NCBI GenBank assembly: GCA_963754925.1
Contig: CAVWHX010000004.1
Location: 1,280,001-1,344,000 of the forward strand
Source: an uncultured delta proteobacterium
Lineage (GTDB): Bacteria > Myxococcota > B64-G9
DNA: 64,000 nt
Direction: 5' to 3'
Shown piece after piece: positions 51,917 to 61,546 of the stretch (the first letter of the stretch is position 1; each line of letters begins with the position of its first letter). Under the pieces are notes generated by a model. The model ran no database searches. It was not told where the DNA came from and saw only the letters and a program-made list of their open reading frames with translations. The position numbers were made by a program, and so were the translations under genes.

Positions 51917-52333
51917 ATGGAGCCGCAGGGACGCGGAGAGGTTAAACTGTACACCGATGGCGCCGCACGCGGTAACCCGGGTCCAGCCGGTGCGGGCGTC
52001 TACATTACGGATGCAACCGATCAGGTATTGATCGAAAAAGCGGTGTATTTGGGCGAAACCACCAATAATGTGGCCGAGTACCAGGCCCTGCTCATCGGCC
52101 TTGAGCTCTCCTTGCAACTTTCACCGCAGCGGCTGTTAGTGCAGATGGACTCAGAGTTGATCGTACGACAGCTCTCCGGTCGCTATCGTGTCACCAGCCC
52201 GCGCTTGGTACCGCTGTACCGCCGTGCCCGCGAATTGCTCGCCTCTTTTAGAGAAACGCGCATCGTGCATATTCCGCGCGAAAAAAACCGCAAAGCCGAT
52301 CGCCTTTCCAATCAAGCGATTGATCAACATTAG
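51917..52333 (+). CDS. rnhA: Ribonuclease HI
   Basis: YTDGAARGNPGPAGAG, TNNVAEY, DSELIVRQ, HIPREKN..ADRLSN. Confidence 0.93.
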   Translation: MEPQGRGEVKLYTDGAARGNPGPAGAGVYITDATDQVLIEKAVYLGETTNNVAEYQALLIGLELSLQLSPQRLLVQMDSELIVRQLSGRYRVTSPRLVPLYRRARELLASFRETRIVHIPREKNRKADRLSNQAIDQH

Positions 52334-52428
52334 CATCATCAGTTTCCGCACGCTATACATAACGATATAATTCCACTGAATACAGAGCGACAGAACAAAG
52401 CAGACCAAGGAACGACGAAGGCGGGGAA

Positions 52429-52546
52429 TTAGAGACTGTTAGCGAGCGAAGCGAGCGTTACAGTCTCTAATCCCTTTTGGGGCGAGGCGTATAATCCCCT
52501 TCGGGGATAAGAGCCTGTAACTCCCTTCGGTCGTAACAGGCTCTAA
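52429..52546. repeat. Hairpin repeat family copies D (52429-52482) and E (52492-52546), head-to-head
   Basis: The first 40 bp of D are identical to copy B; E = ATCCCC-ttcg-GGGATAAGAGCCTGTAA..TAACAGGCTCTAA. Confidence 0.9.
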
Positions 52547-52804
52547 ACGTACACCGCAGTGACGAGGCGAGGAAGCGACGAAGAGTATACCATTGCTTTT
52601 CATAACATGTGCTTAACTATAGATGGTTGCGATACCTTTATGGAAATGACGGTATACGAGCGGCAATGGTACGGGCGGACCTTCACAATTAATTATTGGA
52701 GCCGCCCAGTGCGAAGTTATGTCGCTTTGTATAGCATTGGTTAACTTGCCGGGGTGCGGGGATAGGGCTAAAATTCCAAGCACAAGAAAGGTAGCGGCCA
52801 GCGG

Positions 52805-54010
52805 ATGACAAATCTGGAGAAGAAACAACGGCGAGTGGTGGTTGTAGTGCTCGACAGCGCCGGCATTGGCGAACTGCCCGATGCGGCTTCATACGGCGAC
52901 GTTGGCGCGGCCACGCTCCAACATACCGCCGAAGCGGTTGGCGGACTAACGGTCCCTCATCTTGAGGCGCTTGGCCTGGGAAACATAGCCCCCATAATGG
53001 GCGTAGCCGCCGTACCAGCGCCACAAGGATATGTCGGTAAAATGGCGGAGGTTTCCCTTGGCAAGGACACTACCACCGGCCATTGGGAGTTGATGGGGCT
53101 CATCATCAAGAATGCCTTTAGGACTTTTCCTTCTGGTTTTCCGGCTGAATTGATCGAAAAATTTGTGTCGGCGACGGGGCATGGGGTGCTCGGCAACAAG
53201 ACAGCTTCGGGAACGGTCATCATTGATGAGCTTGGCGCAGAGCACCTGGCAACCGGCAAGTGGATCCTCTACACTTCAGCCGATAGCGTCTTTCAGATAG
53301 CGGCGCACGAGGAGAAGATTCCGTTGGCTGAGTTATACAAGGCCTGCGAAACTGCTCGAGAGCTTGCCAACCCCTACCGCATTGGTCGGGTCATCGCTCG
53401 TCCCTTTGTCGGCAAGCCCGGATCGTTTCTCCGCACCCCTCACCGGCACGATTACTCGATGCTGCCAATAGGCCCGACCGTCTTGACGGCGCTGGAATCG
53501 GCCGGCATACCCGTGGTTGGAATCGGCAAGATTCACGATATTTACGCAGGCGTCGGCGTCAGCCGCTCGTACTCGATACGGGATAACGCCGATGGTTTGG
53601 CTCGCTCGCTTGCGCTGCTATCAGAACTGAGGTACGGGCTGCTGATGGTGAACTTAGTGGATTTTGATATGCAATTCGGTCACCGGCGCGATGCGTCCGG
53701 CTACGCCCGTGCCCTGCAGGAATTTGACCAGGCGCTGCCTCGCATCATGGCTGTCCTCGAACAAGGCGATCTCTTGGTGCTGACGGCGGACCACGGATGT
53801 GACCCGACCTTTACGGCGCACACCGACCACACCCGAGAGTATGTTCCCCTTGTAGTTTGGTCGCCGAGCTTACGGACCGGCGGGTCGCTGGGAATACGCG
53901 CGTGCTTCGCGGATGTTGGCGCCACGGTTGCGGCGGCCTTTGGGATTGATTGGCATGGCGCTGGAAAGAGCTTCTTGCCAGAACTTGCCGGGGTGGGGGA
54001 GACGCGATGA
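52805..54010 (+). CDS. deoB: Phosphopentomutase
   Basis: VLDSAGIG, GKDTTTGHWE, YTSADSVFQIAAHE, RVIARPF, NLVDFD..GHRRD, TADHGCDP, DHTRE. Confidence 0.97.
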   Translation: MTNLEKKQRRVVVVVLDSAGIGELPDAASYGDVGAATLQHTAEAVGGLTVPHLEALGLGNIAPIMGVAAVPAPQGYVGKMAEVSLGKDTTTGHWELMGLIIKNAFRTFPSGFPAELIEKFVSATGHGVLGNKTASGTVIIDELGAEHLATGKWILYTSADSVFQIAAHEEKIPLAELYKACETARELANPYRIGRVIARPFVGKPGSFLRTPHRHDYSMLPIGPTVLTALESAGIPVVGIGKIHDIYAGVGVSRSYSIRDNADGLARSLALLSELRYGLLMVNLVDFDMQFGHRRDASGYARALQEFDQALPRIMAVLEQGDLLVLTADHGCDPTFTAHTDHTREYVPLVVWSPSLRTGGSLGIRACFADVGATVAAAFGIDWHGAGKSFLPELAGVGETR

Positions 54011-55317
54011 GGATGTATGATATCATTCGCAAGAAACGCGACCGCGTGACCCTCACGCAAGAGGAGCTGCATTACTTTATCAAGGGGTGCACGACAGGCC
54101 AAATCCCCGATTACCAAGCGTCGGCCTTGCTTATGGCTATCTACCTCAACGGTATGTCAGAGGCTGAGATCGTGGCCTTGACCAACGAGATGTTGCATTC
54201 GGGTGAAATACTCGATTGGTCGGCGTTACCTGGCCGCAAGGTGGATAAGCATTCAACCGGCGGGGTGGGCGATGCCACCTCGTTGATCCTTGCCCCGATT
54301 GTAGCCGCCGCGGGGGTGTATATTCCTATGATCTCCGGTCGTGGACTCGGGCATACCGGGGGTACCCTTGATAAGCTGGAGTCGATACCCGGTATGAACG
54401 TGCGACTGAGCGTGCAGCAGATCCGTGACGTGCTTACCGCCACCCATCTCTGCTTTGCCGGCCAAACTTCGGAGATTACGCCAGCGGATCGTAAGCTATA
54501 TGCCCTGCGCGACGTAACCGCCACTATCGAGAGTATTCCCTTGATCGCCTCGAGCATTCTCTCCAAGAAACTGGCCGAGGGAATCGACGCGCTGGTATTT
54601 GATGTCAAAGTTGGCGGCGGCGCTTTCATGAAGAGGCATGCCGATGCCCTGGCCCTGGCGCGCACCTTGGTGCGAATTGGCACGAACGCCGGAAAAAAAA
54701 TTGTGGCATTGATTACCGACATGGAGCAGCCACTTGGCACTCATATTGGGAATACCTTGGAAGTGATCGATTCGGTCAAAATACTGCAGGGACAGAGTAC
54801 GTCTGCGTTGGCGACCCTGTCGTATGAGCTCGCCGCCCACTTGTTGGTCTTGGGCGAGGTCGCTGCGACGATGCCGCAAGCCCGGCGACGCGTGCGAGAG
54901 CTGATCCAGCGCGGTTTGGCCTATCGCAAGTTCCAAGAGGTCGTGGCGGCCCAAGGCGGCGATGTGCAGGCGTTGGAAAACCCCCCGCGCTTACCCACCG
55001 CCCACCGCACGGAAACGGTCGTCGCCGCCACGCGCGGATACGTCCAACGCATCGACGCCGAAGCGATTGGAGTCGCGGGAATGCTGTTGGGTGCGGGTCG
55101 CGCGACGGTGGAGGCCACGATTGACCATGGCGCTGGGATCGTGCTGCATAGCGTCGTTGGTGATCAGGTAGAAGCGGGAAGCCACGTGGCGACGTTGTAT
55201 TTCAATGACGCATCGGGTAAAGATGAGGCCCGTGAACGAGTGGCGGCGGCGTTTGTCATTGGCGCGGAACCACCGCCAAAAACAAAGCTCATCCGCCGGA
55301 TTATTGCGGAGGAGTAA
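54007..55317 (+). CDS. pdp: Pyrimidine-nucleoside / thymidine phosphorylase
   Basis: DKHSTGGVGD, SGRGLGHTGGTLDKLESIPG, LYALRDVT, SKKLAEG, GAGR. Confidence 0.95.
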   Translation: MRMYDIIRKKRDRVTLTQEELHYFIKGCTTGQIPDYQASALLMAIYLNGMSEAEIVALTNEMLHSGEILDWSALPGRKVDKHSTGGVGDATSLILAPIVAAAGVYIPMISGRGLGHTGGTLDKLESIPGMNVRLSVQQIRDVLTATHLCFAGQTSEITPADRKLYALRDVTATIESIPLIASSILSKKLAEGIDALVFDVKVGGGAFMKRHADALALARTLVRIGTNAGKKIVALITDMEQPLGTHIGNTLEVIDSVKILQGQSTSALATLSYELAAHLLVLGEVAATMPQARRRVRELIQRGLAYRKFQEVVAAQGGDVQALENPPRLPTAHRTETVVAATRGYVQRIDAEAIGVAGMLLGAGRATVEATIDHGAGIVLHSVVGDQVEAGSHVATLYFNDASGKDEARERVAAAFVIGAEPPPKTKLIRRIIAEE

Positions 55318-55342
55318 GAAACCGGTGGCAAGGGGAGCACCC

Positions 55343-56167
55343 ATGGATACTGCTATGGACCTTCTTGACGAGAGCAAGCAACTCATTCGCAAGCGAACCA
55401 AGCTCGTTCCCGATATGGGCGTAATCCTCGGATCCGGTCTCGGCTCTTTCGCTGATAGTGTTGAAGAGTCGGTCGTCGTGGGTTACGGCGAGCTGCCGGG
55501 ATTCCCGGTGTCAACCGCGCCTGGTCACGCGGGCAGACTCGTACTCGGAAAATTGTGTGGTCGAAAAGTTGCGATCATGCAGGGACGGTTTCATTTCTAT
55601 GAGGGTTACACCATGGATCGGGTGATTCTGGGCGTCCGTCTGCTCGGTCGACTCGGCGCCCCGATCGTGATCGTCACCAATGCCGCGGGCGGCATTCGTC
55701 CCGATCTGGCGCCCGGCGATCTCATGCTGATCAGCGATCATATCAACTTGACGGGACAAAACCCCTTGGTCGGACCAAATATCGACGTGCTGGGGCCGCG
55801 CTTTCCCGACATGAGTGATGCCTATAACAAGTCCCTGCGGGAGCAGGCTACGGCGATTGCCCGAGAACTTGGGATCGAACTTAAGGTAGGGGTTTTCGCC
55901 GCCCTCACGGGGCCGTCGTACGAAACCCCGGCCGAGATAAACTTCCTGCGTCTCATCGGTGCAGACGCGGTCGCGATGTCGACGGTTCCCGAGGTAATCG
56001 CCGCCTGCCATATGAATATGAGGGTTCTTGGCATTTCCTGTATCTCGAACCTTGCGGCCGGACTTTCGAAACAGCCGCTGTCGCATACCGAGGTGACCGA
56101 AATCGCGAATCGCACTCAGGTCGCCTTCAGCAAACTTCTTATGGGTCTCATCGCTAAGCTGACCTGA
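55343..56167 (+). CDS. punA: Purine-nucleoside phosphorylase (trimeric type)
   Basis: ILGSGLG, GHAG, GRFHFYEGY, TNAAGG, GPSYETPAE, MSTVPE. Confidence 0.95.
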   Translation: MDTAMDLLDESKQLIRKRTKLVPDMGVILGSGLGSFADSVEESVVVGYGELPGFPVSTAPGHAGRLVLGKLCGRKVAIMQGRFHFYEGYTMDRVILGVRLLGRLGAPIVIVTNAAGGIRPDLAPGDLMLISDHINLTGQNPLVGPNIDVLGPRFPDMSDAYNKSLREQATAIARELGIELKVGVFAALTGPSYETPAEINFLRLIGADAVAMSTVPEVIAACHMNMRVLGISCISNLAAGLSKQPLSHTEVTEIANRTQVAFSKLLMGLIAKLT

Positions 56168-56181
56168 AAAGGCACGGCGCC

Positions 56182-56616
56182 ATGACCAGACGTACCGACA
56201 AGAAGCCATTTGAGAAACTCGAAACTGCTGAACGTGAGCTTGTCGATCAGGCCCTGGCAGCCCAACAGCGCGCCTATGCCCCCTATTCGCGCTTTAGTGT
56301 GGGAGCGGCTCTCCGGGGCGACAACGGATGCATCTATAGCGGTTGCAACGTCGAAAACGCTTCCTACGGAGCAACGGTTTGCGCAGAGCGTAACGCGGTA
56401 GCCCGCGCGGTCGCGGCTGGTTGTCGAACGTTTGTCGCCCTGGCGGTCGTCACTCCGAGCAGCCCGCCCGCTCCTCCCTGCGGGTTGTGCCGGCAGGTAG
56501 TCGGCGAGTTTGTTGATGACCTGCCGATAGTTTTGGTAAATCCACTCGGCGAGGTGGTGCGCACGACGCTATCGTTACTCCTGCCGTTGCGGTTTGGCGG
56601 TAGCACGGTACGGTGA
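56182..56616 (+). CDS. cdd: Cytidine deaminase (homotetrameric type)
   Basis: YAPYSRF.VGAA, GCNVENASY, CAERNA, PCGLCRQ. Confidence 0.96.
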   Translation: MTRRTDKKPFEKLETAERELVDQALAAQQRAYAPYSRFSVGAALRGDNGCIYSGCNVENASYGATVCAERNAVARAVAAGCRTFVALAVVTPSSPPAPPCGLCRQVVGEFVDDLPIVLVNPLGEVVRTTLSLLLPLRFGGSTVR

Positions 56617-56644
56617 TGTTTGCCTCTTAAGTGACGTCTACCTT

Positions 56645-57769
56645 TTAAGATGATACTTCATCCGGCGTTGAAAGGGGCTCGTGACAATTACCGGACACGA
56701 CCCTATTTCTTCCGGCTCTTTTTGCGTGATAGAGATTCTCGTCGGCATTCTTGATGACTTCTTCTATCGTTGAATTCTCGCCCTTCATAGCAGTTCCAAA
56801 ACTCAAGGTGAGATGCAGATCGCATTGCTGATAGGAAAACGAGGCTTTTTCAATAGTCTTTCTCATTCGCTCAGCGATGAGGCCTGCGTTGCTGAGATTT
56901 GTTTCGGGATGAAGAATCAAAAATTCTTCACCGCCCCAGCGGGCAATTTTATCCTGCTTGCGGACTGAATCTGTTAACAGACGAGCGACGTTTTTTAAGA
57001 TGAAATCTCCGCAGTCATGCCCAAAAACGTCATTGATGTTTTTGAAATGATCGATGTCACACAACGTGATGGAAAACGGGTTTCTATTTCTTTCGTATCG
57101 ATATGATTCTTGTTTCAGCCATTCATACATATCTCTTCGGTTTGATAAACCCGTAAGCTCATCGGTTCGGGACATTCTATCCAATTCCTGACTTAGGATT
57201 ACTATTTCGAGCTGCGTATGGTATCTGGAATATTCGAGCAAATAAGCCGTGAACGTTACAAGGCTGATCGAAATAAGAAAGCGGGCTTTAAAAAACGCCG
57301 GATAGGGAGCTATCGTTGAAAATGGAAATCCAGGTATGAGCAGTATGGCTGCAGAGACTGCGATTAGAACGATGCATATTATTGAAGCTTTCTTGTACCC
57401 AACCAAATAAAAACTGAGGACCGGGGCTACAAAGCTCCAGAGAGGGCCGGTGTTTTCTCTCCCGCCTGAATAAACGAGATAGACACATAACAATCCAAAA
57501 ATGATATGAAGAGCAATGGTGTATACATTGAAGTTTCCTGAATAACGAAAATAGATATTACTTGCAATTGCTGAAAGAGAAACAAATATAAGTACATACC
57601 CCAGCGGGGAGATCTCATTGAGGATCGAGTCTATTCCAAGGAAAAAGCAGATCGATATCAGGAAATAGCTCATAATGACGAGAATGACAATTTTCTTGAC
57701 GATATCGTCGGAAAAAGAAAATTTCTTCGAAGGGTAGGTAATCCTGTTGAGAACGGTGGTTAGGGACAT
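56645..57769 (-). CDS. Membrane-bound diguanylate cyclase (GGDEF)
   Basis: About 6 TM helices; DELTGLSNRR, DIDHFK.IND.FGH..GD, RKQD (RxxD I-site), RWGGEEF. Confidence 0.93.
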   Translation of the reverse strand: MSLTTVLNRITYPSKKFSFSDDIVKKIVILVIMSYFLISICFFLGIDSILNEISPLGYVLIFVSLSAIASNIYFRYSGNFNVYTIALHIIFGLLCVYLVYSGGRENTGPLWSFVAPVLSFYLVGYKKASIICIVLIAVSAAILLIPGFPFSTIAPYPAFFKARFLISISLVTFTAYLLEYSRYHTQLEIVILSQELDRMSRTDELTGLSNRRDMYEWLKQESYRYERNRNPFSITLCDIDHFKNINDVFGHDCGDFILKNVARLLTDSVRKQDKIARWGGEEFLILHPETNLSNAGLIAERMRKTIEKASFSYQQCDLHLTLSFGTAMKGENSTIEEVIKNADENLYHAKRAGRNRVVSGNCHEPLSTPDEVSS

Positions 57770-57771
57770 GG

Positions 57772-58782
57772 CTACGAGCCAGCCTGGGTTTCAAAATGTA
57801 TACTCTTCAGGAAGTGCCAATCCTGGCCAATGAACAGGCTGCTCCTGAACGCGAGCGCAAAACGGTTTTTATCTGGTTCAACGACGAGGGTGTCGATCGC
57901 CATAGGGAGGGTTTCTGAATGATCTTTTACTCTAAAAGTGGCTTTAAACCGTAGACGCGGAATTTTTATGCGTACGATCCTTTGCGTGGAGTGCATGTTT
58001 TCTAACACTAACGTCTCATCGCCCTGGAGCTTGGGTAGGTGGACCTGATCCTCTGGAACCGAGTTATAAAAACGCTCGTCAAAATCGCTCGGGAAGAGCG
58101 GTCGTTGGTTTTCTGACCAGTCATCCTCGAGCGTGCCGGCCAAACATGCGCGCTGACGCCAACTCGTCGAAATCGGACCGTATCCGGCTGGCAGAGGATG
58201 GTCTTTTATTGTTTTGATTTGCTTCTTCGGAAACTCCAGGTTGGGAGCTGGGGATCCCTCTCTCAGCCTCAAAAGAAACCCAATCCCCGTGGGATTATAA
58301 GGATAGATATGCAGCTCGCCGTTCTCATCCTTGTCGGAACCGCCGTACGCGTATTCATACCGTAACGGAACCCGGTCAAAAAGCTCTGGTTGACAAATAC
58401 CGGAGAGCAAAATCCCGGACTGCCAACACCGAGGGCCGAAGACGCAAAGATCCTTTTCGAGTGAGCCGATAGCAAACCGTACGGTTGTCTTTTGCTTTCC
58501 CCGACCGTACGCATGACCGTTGATGATGATGTCGGTACCCGGTTTTTTCGGGACGATATCGGATGCATAACACACACTCGGGCATCGGTTATCCTCGTAC
58601 AGGATATCTTGAGTAAAAATCGGCAGCATCGATTTCTTATCAGCTAGCGAAACCCTACCATCTTCAGAAAACACAAATGAGGCTTTCAATATCGCCACTA
58701 CGTAATCTGCTCCATGCTCATCGAGACAGGGATGAAATCCGGTCACGAACGGAGTCAAGTTGTATTTCTCATGCAGGCGCAT
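57772..58782 (-). CDS. DUF2169 family protein (T6SS effector adaptor)
   Basis: VVAILKASF, SD..PKKPGTDIII.GHAY, VFGPR.W, PLRYEYAYGG, NP.GIGF, PAGYGPI..W.QR...AGT, DTLVVEPD. Confidence 0.9.
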   Translation of the reverse strand: MRLHEKYNLTPFVTGFHPCLDEHGADYVVAILKASFVFSEDGRVSLADKKSMLPIFTQDILYEDNRCPSVCYASDIVPKKPGTDIIINGHAYGRGKQKTTVRFAIGSLEKDLCVFGPRCWQSGILLSGICQPELFDRVPLRYEYAYGGSDKDENGELHIYPYNPTGIGFLLRLREGSPAPNLEFPKKQIKTIKDHPLPAGYGPISTSWRQRACLAGTLEDDWSENQRPLFPSDFDERFYNSVPEDQVHLPKLQGDETLVLENMHSTQRIVRIKIPRLRFKATFRVKDHSETLPMAIDTLVVEPDKNRFALAFRSSLFIGQDWHFLKSIHFETQAGS

Positions 58783-58862
58783 CGCTACTCCCAAGGACCT
58801 ACCTGGATAACCGGCATCTCCAACCCATCAAGGGAGCAATTATTGAGTCGTTCTTGTCGTTC

Positions 58863-59505
58863 TTAAGGTGCCAGGTCGACTGTTCCATCGATTTCTGGAA
58901 ACGACAACCGTCCGATGCCGGAGATGCTCTTTGGGATCTTGATCTTTCCCGACCCGTCCGTTGAGCCTTCCTTGAGTTGTCCGTCGGGCAGTTCGAGTTT
59001 ATACTTGGCGTTTTTTATCGGTTTCCCTTCCCGGTCGACAACGACGATGGCCATCTCGTCTTGCTCTTCTTGGTCGACGGCCACCGCGGCATCGGTAGGT
59101 TGTGTTTCAGGCATGGGCGGCGTGTTTGGCGCTGCTCCTATGTTTCCCGAGCATAAGATCCCCCAAGCGGGGAACATTCTTCCCTTCAACCATCACGTCA
59201 AACGAATAATTGATAAACTCTGCCTTGCCTTTGATGACACCGCTGCCCACCCCACCGACACTGCCAGCCTCATCGCCGGTGCTTTTACTAAAGACTGACT
59301 TCTGCAACATAATCGGATTGCCGTCGGCTTTGAAAGTTTTGCTCCCCTGATCCGTATCTTGTGACATGGCTATATTGGGATAGGGAACGGGCACCGGCGG
59401 AGCTGGAGGAGCCGGAGTCAAACACACGTCCGGCATGAAGTTCACCATCCCATTGCTAGATTTATGTACCACGGTCAGTTTATTTACAATGACGGTTGCG
59501 GGCAT
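58863..59505 (-). CDS. PAAR-like DUF4150 protein with short C-terminal beta-rich domain, split by one extra base at about 59145
   Basis: PDVCLTP..PVPVPYPNIAMS, STGDEAG, YSFDVMVEGKNVPRLGD. Removing one base gives LGNIGAAPNTPPMPETQ joined to 'DREGKPIKNAKYKL..PDG...EG.TDGSG'. Confidence 0.85.
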
Positions 59506-59688
59506 AGTAACGTTCCTTTTTTAGGAATCACCCATACTTATTATACCGGCAGATACCGTTCAGTCAAGCCAGAACCCTGTTGCAAATGAGCATAACCTCA
59601 GGTATCTTCATAGGAATTAGTTTGGCACGCTACGAGAAAAACCCTTTTTGCTTCTCATAATTATCCAAGATAGTCTAAGAATGTGGTC

Positions 59689-60765
59689 TTAGGTGGTTAT
59701 CTGTCTCCCAACCAATAAACCTGCTCGTTCGCCGTTGTCTGATGCGCACCACACCAGTGCGCTTGATTGACTTTGGTACTTTGTCTTTAGAAAAAATGTC
59801 GCGAGGATGGTCAAGGCGACTCCGGACGCAGCCCCGATGTCGCCAAGAATTACTGCCGGATGTTCGAGGAGAACCGGTTTGCCGAGTCTGGTGTTAAGTC
59901 GGCTTACGGCGAAACCCCATTCTTTCATTCGACCCGGTTCGCCATTCAGATCGCAAACGACAAGCGGTGGTTCATGACACGCGTCAAGGAGGGACGAGAT
60001 GGTTTTTGTCAGTGCCATGCCGGTACGTAATTCAAGATCAGATCCAGAACATTGTTGCTTGGCGATTTTATGAACTGGTGAGAGAGTATGGCGGCCCCTT
60101 TTTTTCGCCCGGTCTTCTGGTTCTAGTAGTATGAACGCTGCGCATTCGCCAGGCACGAACCCGTCGATGTTCCGGTCGCTTTTTATTCGGTACTCCTTGT
60201 CCAACGGCTCAAGCCATTCAGGAAACAAATATGATTCAACCCCGCCAACCACAGCGTATTTTAGTTCTCCTTGGGATACAGCAGTTGAGGCCGCATCGAT
60301 AAGTGAAATGCCACCTACGTGGCCGCAATACATAAACCGTACGTCATGAGAGATATCCAATCCTGCAAAATTTTGAAAATGATAGAGGAATTCATCTTCC
60401 AGAGCTGGGCTCCAGCCGGCGCGTTGGGGAGAAAGTGAGAAGTAAAAGCCGCAGTCGTCTAAATTTTTTTGTGTCAAAGCCATTTCTGACGCTAGGTCGA
60501 GATAGGTTTTTGCGGCGATGTATGCAAGCCATTCCGATGCATGAGGTTTGGTTGCGCGAAAGTCTTCAAGATATGGTATGGACGCCGCGACCAAGGGGGT
60601 TGGTTCTTCAAAATCTTGGTTTTCTGGGTAACAGGAATAGACTTCTGGAAGTTCTGACATACGAGTGATTTTAGCCAACACCGAAGCAAACGTCTGAGCC
60701 GCTGTATGTCCTACTGAAGAAGGCATTCCAACGCCACTAATGACAATGGGTTGATTGGCGCCCAT
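59689..60765 (-). CDS. Beta-ketoacyl-synthase/thiolase-like protein of the DUF2169/PAAR module
   Basis: ISGVGM..SVG, VGGVESY, GFVPGECAA, DLNGE, GDIGAASG, ASDNGERA. Confidence 0.8.
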   Translation of the reverse strand: MGANQPIVISGVGMPSSVGHTAAQTFASVLAKITRMSELPEVYSCYPENQDFEEPTPLVAASIPYLEDFRATKPHASEWLAYIAAKTYLDLASEMALTQKNLDDCGFYFSLSPQRAGWSPALEDEFLYHFQNFAGLDISHDVRFMYCGHVGGISLIDAASTAVSQGELKYAVVGGVESYLFPEWLEPLDKEYRIKSDRNIDGFVPGECAAFILLEPEDRAKKRGRHTLSPVHKIAKQQCSGSDLELRTGMALTKTISSLLDACHEPPLVVCDLNGEPGRMKEWGFAVSRLNTRLGKPVLLEHPAVILGDIGAASGVALTILATFFLKTKYQSQSSALVWCASDNGERAGLLVGRQITT

Positions 60766-60896
60766 ATTTTTTAGCTTACCTCACTGCAAAAGCCGGCTGC
60801 CTTCATCTTGGTTAGTTATCTAACATACTAAATAATTTATATTTTTGCAAGATTAATGAACAAAAACGGAAATGTTTTTAGGTAGTAATAAATATG

Positions 60897-60933
60897 TTGA
60901 CAATAATATATATAAAAAATAATATATATATTA
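60897..60933 (+). promoter_or_regulatory. sigma70 promoter overlapped by an AT-rich dyad (candidate PadR operator)
   Basis: TTGACA-N17-TAATAT; inverted repeat TAATATATAT-N10-ATATATATTA (60904-60933). Confidence 0.55.
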
Positions 60934-60955
60934 AATAATGAACTGGAAATAATAA

Positions 60956-61546
60956 ATGAGCCTCAAATATCTAGTTCTTGGTTGGATAAGAAAGTGCCCA
61001 ACCCATGGTTATTCCATCAAGAAGTGCTTTCAAGAATTCATTAATCCCGACATGAAATTAAATGATGCCAAACTATATCCTCTCTTACGAGAAATGGAAC
61101 AAGAAGGCTTGGTCGAAAAGGAAGTAGAAGAAAAAGAAGTTGGACCCTCTCGCAAGATCCTCAGGATAACGGATAAGGGATCGCAAGAATTTAAGAGCTG
61201 GCTAGTTGGCGATGATGGTGAAACTAATGCCGGCAGACCTCGATATGATTTCTTTAAGGCTCTGCCTTTTCTGGTCAAATTTAATTTCTGCTATGAGCTT
61301 GATGGTGAACACATTCTGCGCAAAATCAACGCTCAGCGACTTATTCATGAAAAGAAACTGGAGGATTTTCTAGAGGCTCGCACAAGTATGATCCAGAAGA
61401 AGCTTGAAATAAACAAGATTCAGATAATTGATTTTGGCATCTCACTCGAAAAGACAATTCTTAACTGGCTTGACGAAGTATCCAAGTATTATCAAGCGGA
61501 TCAAGATGGTAAGGAGGCAGGATCGTCATGTAAGGAGTGCCAGTGA
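60956..61546 (+). CDS. PadR family transcriptional regulator
   Basis: LKYLVLG..PTHGYSIK..LYPLLREME.EGLV..RKILRITDKG. Confidence 0.9.
   Translation: MSLKYLVLGWIRKCPTHGYSIKKCFQEFINPDMKLNDAKLYPLLREMEQEGLVEKEVEEKEVGPSRKILRITDKGSQEFKSWLVGDDGETNAGRPRYDFFKALPFLVKFNFCYELDGEHILRKINAQRLIHEKKLEDFLEARTSMIQKKLEINKIQIIDFGISLEKTILNWLDEVSKYYQADQDGKEAGSSCKECQ

Noticed and set aside
52334..52804. RNase P RNA (rnpB) after rnhA
   Set aside because: The conserved GAGGAAAGTCC and AGAACCCGGCTTA-type segments are not found.
59620..59640. sigma54 promoter at TTGGCACG
   Set aside because: No GC at the -12 position, and it points against the minus-strand module.
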